Translations under genes and position numbers: made by a program
Part shown: in pieces, positions 59,309-64,000 of the stretch
How the letters are laid out: each line of letters begins with the position of its first letter
How positions within the stretch are numbered: position 1 is the stretch's first letter
Notes under the pieces: model-generated
The model's database searches: none
What the model saw: only the letters and a program-made list of their open reading frames with translations
Told to the model about the DNA's origin: nothing
NCBI RefSeq assembly: GCF_001447785.1
Contig: NW_015164680.1
Location: forward strand, 793,980-857,979
Direction of reading: 5' to 3'
Length of the DNA: 64,000 nt
From: Gekko japonicus
Lineage: Eukaryota

Positions 59309-60664
59309 GCACTGCCTTCTAGACACCACTTAATGTTTTAAAAAGCGCTGGGCTGAAGTCTGGCGGAAACCATCCCCCTTCAGCCCGTGTCCATGTCCCC
59401 CTTGGATCATAGTGCATAGTGGGGACACGCCCTGCATGTACTCAGAGCCGTTCTTAGATCACGTGTCCTTGGCCTTCAGCTTGGATTGTGCAAAGTGGTG
59501 TGGTGGCTGTGAGCCTAGCCACCGAGGCAGCCCCTTCTCCTAACCGCCCCTGGTGCCTTCCTGTTGCCGCCTGGCCGCACTCCCTCCCACCTCCTTGCCT
59601 CCTCTCCTGCCCCGTCTTGGATTTCAAGTCTCAGTGCAGAGATGAGAGTGAGTAAAGCATCCCGCCCCTGTGTCAGAGGAAGGCGTTCCCTGCTCTGGGC
59701 TGGCTGGGACTGACGTGACAGGCTGGTCAGCTAGCTCTGAAGCATCCGGGGAGAGGGGGCTTGAAAGTGGCCCTTGGACCAGAGTCATTCTCCCGCTGTC
59801 ACCCACACAGGACAACTCATTCAAATTTGAGAAACTATTGCATAAAAGGGCTTTGGGTTACTATTAGGAACCCCACTTGAAGGCCCGCAACTGGGTGAGT
59901 GGCAGTTCAAAGTGGCTGGATGAGTGAGTGAGCCCTTTTATTATTGTGTTTTTAATTTTTGGTGCCACGCCCCAACAGTTTCCCCAGTGGCCCCCCCCCA
60001 CTGAAAATTTCCTGGCTACGGGCCTGCTGTGGCTTGTAACCTGCAACTCCTGCATGAGCCTGGCTGCCAGAACCAGTACTAGCTAAGCCACTTAGGACAA
60101 TTTTATACCCAATTGTCCTAAGTGCCTCTTTGTATATCTCTGTTTGTTTCAGTTGTGGAGGGGTATATGCTATATGTAAACTGCTTTGAGGTCCCAGAGT
60201 TGGAGAAAAGCAGGTTATGTATAAATTCACGTAGGCTCAGAACATGCACTGCGTACCCTTCATTTTTTTCTGGGTACAGTTCATGCATTTGAAGTCCACT
60301 AGGATGTACACAAATGGGCTTCTCTGCACAGGGGAGGCCAGGGATGGGAACGTCAGGTTTGATCCTGGTTCCCCCCTCTCCATGTACAGTTCTGCATACC
60401 TTTGACTGACTAAAGAGGGATGATTGGTTTATTTGTGTGTGTGTGTGTAAAGTGCCATCAAGTCACAGTGGACTTCTGGCAGCCCAAGCAAAGGGTTTTC
60501 AAGGCAAGTGAGAAGCAGAGGTGATGTGCCAGAGCCTTCCTCTGCAGAGTCTTCCTTGGTGGTTTCCCATCCAAACACTGACCCTGCTTAGCTTCTGAGA
60601 CTGGGCTACCATGTCACTTTGCCTCCCACTGATTGGCTTAAGGGTATTTATATAACGCCTCTCC

Positions 60665-61024
60665 CAGGGCATTTTTTGTAGAAAGAGCCCAGCAGGAACT
60701 CATTAGCAAAACAGGCCACACCCAACAGCAGAAATTGATTAGCATATTAGGCCACACCCCAACAGTTCAGCACATTCGCATATTAGGCCACAACCCCCTG
60801 CCTTCCCTTGGTTTGCCTGGGTGTCCCGTGGCTGCAGGGAGCCCGGGCAGGCTGGCCCTTGGACAAGCCGGAGAAGGCGACCCCCGGCCCGCCTGCCTCA
60901 GAGTCGCTCTCCAGGCCTTTCCTCTGTAGCCATGCACGCAGAGGTTTTGGATGTAGTGGGCGTGGCCAACTCTGAAGCCAGCCGGAACTCCGTTCCTGTG
61001 CGTTCCTGCCCAAAAATAGTCCTG
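60665..61024. mobile_element. hAT-type MITE (family B)
   Basis: TIR CAGGGCATTTTTT / AAAAATAGTCCTG, perfect 8-bp TSD GCCTCTCC. Confidence 0.8.
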
Positions 61025-62619
61025 GCCTCTCCAGAGACCTGCTCGGGATGTGTGTGTGTGTGCGTGTGTGTGTGTGTGGCTGTGAGGGTTCACAAATAAA
61101 AACAATATCTTAAAAACAGCAACATAAACTATTCTCATTAAAGACAAGCCAGGGCCGCAAAAATAGCATGAAACTACGACTGAGTAACTTAAAATATCCA
61201 CAGATTCATAGAAGTGTTCCGATTAGAAGTGAACAACAAACAGCTGAACGAGATAAAACTCCTCGGTAAAAAACTTGGGTAAAAATGAATTGATTTGGCC
61301 TGGTGCCTAAAAGGCAGTAAAGTAGGCACCAGAAGGTCCTCAAGGGGGGGCATTCCAAAGACGATGGGCCACCACTGAAAATACCCTGTCTTTAGTCACC
61401 GTTCTACAGGTGGGGGGCACAGAGAGCAGGGCTTGGGAAGCAGATATTAAATGGTAGGCTGGTATCATTAGGGTTACCAGCTCTGGGTTGGAAAATGCCT
61501 GGAGATTTTGGGGGTGGAACCTACAGAGGGTGGGATTTGCGGAGAGGAGGGACCTCAGCAGGATACAATGCAACAGAATCCACCCTCCGAAGCAGACATT
61601 TTCTCCAGGGGAACTGATCTTGGTTGTCTGGAGAGCAATTATAATAGTGGGGGATCTCAAGGTGCTACCTGGAGGTTGGCAACCTTAGGTATCATGGTTC
61701 TTCCTTACTTCAAAGAAACTTGTGTAATAGATTCAGGCGGTGAAAACAGGAAATGTGCAAGATATTTCAGACCAGAAGGACTGTGTTTCCTGGAAAGGAC
61801 CAGTAAAGAACAACATCCCCTTCCCCAGCCTGGAGGAATTCTGCTTTCACACAGGGGCACAAAAATGTCCCACTGTCTGCCTTGGGAGCAGCAGCAAGAA
61901 GGCATGGAAGTGGGTGGCAACAGCTCTGCCTGCAGCCACACAGCACTTCCTTCTCCAGCTGGCATCAAAGGAGGTTTTTTAAAGAGGAAAGACCCTCTTG
62001 GCCTTAGGAATTCTGCTCAGAACGTTTGCGGGGGGCGGGTGGGGTGTGTGTGCTTTCTGCGTTGTGGAAGCAGCCTGTGCCTAAAGCAAAACTGAAGGAC
62101 TATTTGAAAAGTTGTGATGCTTTCAGAAGAGACTTCCTAATCGATCCACCAATCTTAAAACCAAGATGAAAAGGTGACTCAGCACTGGCACTCTCATTCA
62201 TATTTGGGTGAGGCGGCTACATAATCCAGAAACTCTGGAAGTGGAGCCCAGGGCCAAGCCAGACATGAATTAAGCAAATTAATAATAAATATAACAAAAA
62301 TAAGCTACTGGGGTCCCTACTGGGGAGAAGAGAACAGATGTTTATAATCAATATATACTAATTATATTCATACAAATATAAAAGAAGTAGCTTCATTCAT
62401 TCCTTTCCTTGTTGTGCTCTATAGGTGGGCTGCTTCCATAGGGATGGGGTCGGAGGCCTATCCCGGGATGCTCCTTTGTGAGCGACTGGCATTAAAGCTA
62501 TGAGTGAGCAATTTGGCTACTGCATAAATTAGTTTGCTCTGGAGGCATCTTTCCTGAATGAAGATAAAAATGTATGAGCTGGAGGCTAAAAAACTGTTAG
62601 GTACCTTGCACTTAGAGGA

Positions 62620-63180
62620 AACACTGGACAAAACCCAGGTGCCCTCAGGAGGTCCACCAGCAGGGCAAAAACTCCAGGAGCCCTCCCACTCTTGCCCCCC
62701 AAGCACCAAGAATACAGAGCATCACTGCGCCAGACATAAGAACATAAGAGAAGCCATGTTGGATCAGGCCAGTGGCCCATCCAGTCCAACACTCTGTGTC
62801 ACACATCAGCCAAAAATGCCAGGTGCCCTCAGGAGGTCCGGCAGTGGGGCCAGAACACCAGAAGCCCTCCCACTGTTCCCCCCAAAGCACCAAGAATACA
62901 GAGCATCACTTTCCCCACACTGAGACTTCTTATCTATACCTTGTGGCTAAGAGCCACTGGTGGACTAGCAACAGCACAGAAGGCCTGCCCCTAGCACTGC
63001 ATCAGCCTAGTATTGTAAGGTAAGCACAAAAATCCATATACAAAAGATAAATACACTGTGTCACACATCAGCCAAAAATACCAGATGCCCTCAGGAGGTC
63101 CAGCAGTGGGGCCAGAACACCAGAAGCCCTCCCACTGCCCCCCCAACACCAAGAATACAGAGCATCACTTGCCCCACACC
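62620..63180 (-). mobile_element. Three partial CR1 3' UTR copies in tandem
   Basis: Repeated CCCTCAGGAGGTCC...AAGAATACAGAGCATCACT at about 62640, 62825 and 63088. Confidence 0.75.
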
Positions 63181-63244
63181 GGGATGGGGCCTGCAAGGCC
63201 TAGCGAAGGCTGCTCCAGCAGCCTTACTAGGCAGAGACCAGGGG

Positions 63245-63600
63245 GGCCTTCGTTCAGTCCGCTCCGGGCGGCCAAAACGAAGCAGGAAAAGGGGGTGGGG
63301 GCTTCATTCAGGCCGCTCCGGGCGGCCAGAATGAAGCAGGGATGTGGGAGCCTCGTTCAGGCCGCTCCGGGCAGCCAGCACGAGCAGGGGTGGGGGTGGG
63401 AGCCTCGTTCAGGCTGCTCCGGGTGGCCAGCACGAGGCAGGGATGGGGGGGCTCGTTCAGGCCGCTCCGTGTGGCCAGCATGAGGCAGGGACAGGGGGGC
63501 CTTGTTCAGGCCGCTCCGGGCGGCCAGCATGAGGCAGGAATGGGGGGGGCTCATTCAGGGTGCTCTGGGCGGCCAAAACGAGGCAGGGACGGGGGCCTCA
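63245..63600. repeat. GC-rich minisatellite, about 40-bp unit (CTCGTTCAGGCCGCTCCGGGCGGCCAGCAYGAGGCAGGGA...), about 7 copies
   Basis: Direct reading. Confidence 0.88.
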
Positions 63601-64000
63601 ATCTTTCCCAGAGCGCGTGGCTCCGCTTGGCTCAGGGAAGATCGAGGACGGGGCGGGGAGGTCTTGCCTGGGCCACAGGGAGCCGCCGGAGGCAGGGGTG
63701 TGGCAGGAAGAAAGCCTACTCACCGTCCTGCTTCTTCCTCGTCCTGCCACGAAATGAGGGCTGAAAGGAGAGGGCTATTGGAAGCAGGGGGCGGGGCTTC
63801 GTCATGAGCCTGCCCCCTGCATGCATCACTCCCGGAGCGCTGGTCCGGGGCGCTCCGGCCCCATCTGAGTCCTGTATAGATCCAAGTAAAATAAAATAGA
63901 GACACACTTCCCCCCCAAAATGTAAATTGGAGCCCAGCAAGTATGTTACGCCCAACAGAGGCTTCGCAGTCTGAGTGTTGCTACACTGAAAGTGGGTGGA

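Larger units (their letters stand above)
58826..60026. mobile_element. Probable non-autonomous hAT-like element (1.2 kb)
   Basis: TIR CAGCCCCATAGCCA vs revcomp CAGGCCCGTAGCCA; degenerate TSD CTGCAGTT/CTGTGGCT. Confidence 0.5.

Noticed and set aside
63180-64000. Promoter/first exon of the next gene (KDM7A expected downstream by recalled human synteny)
   Set aside because: No PHD-finger N-terminal coding sequence seen; GC richness comes from a tandem repeat

Overview
Vertebrate genomic DNA. The repeat content (Sauria-type SINE, Bov-B/RTE, CR1, L2, 5S- and tRNA-derived SINEs) points to a squamate reptile, probably a gecko (inference). The only host gene is SLC37A3 (sugar phosphate exchanger 3, MFS transporter) on the + strand. 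It has a CpG-rich promoter/non-coding exon 1 near 5.9-6.1 kb and 13 identifiable coding exons from ATG 13812 to TGA 35205, all with GT-AG boundaries. The main anomaly is that the conserved exon encoding GFFIGGPSNMISSAISADLGRQ...GIVDGSGSIGAAVGQ cannot be found between 28936 and 34356. The flanking exon phases (1 vs 0) are incompatible, and the shifted frame stays open into the last exon. The rest is transposon-rich: a deleted sushi/Tf1-type Gypsy element with a self-priming signature, two solo LTRs with 5-bp TSDs (one carrying a 21 x 18-bp array), an ORF1-only L1 derivative facing a shorter relative, hAT MITEs with 8-bp TSDs, many LINE 3' ends, local duplications and two N gaps. Exon numbering assumes a non-coding exon 1. 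Family assignments are from recalled motifs, not database searches.
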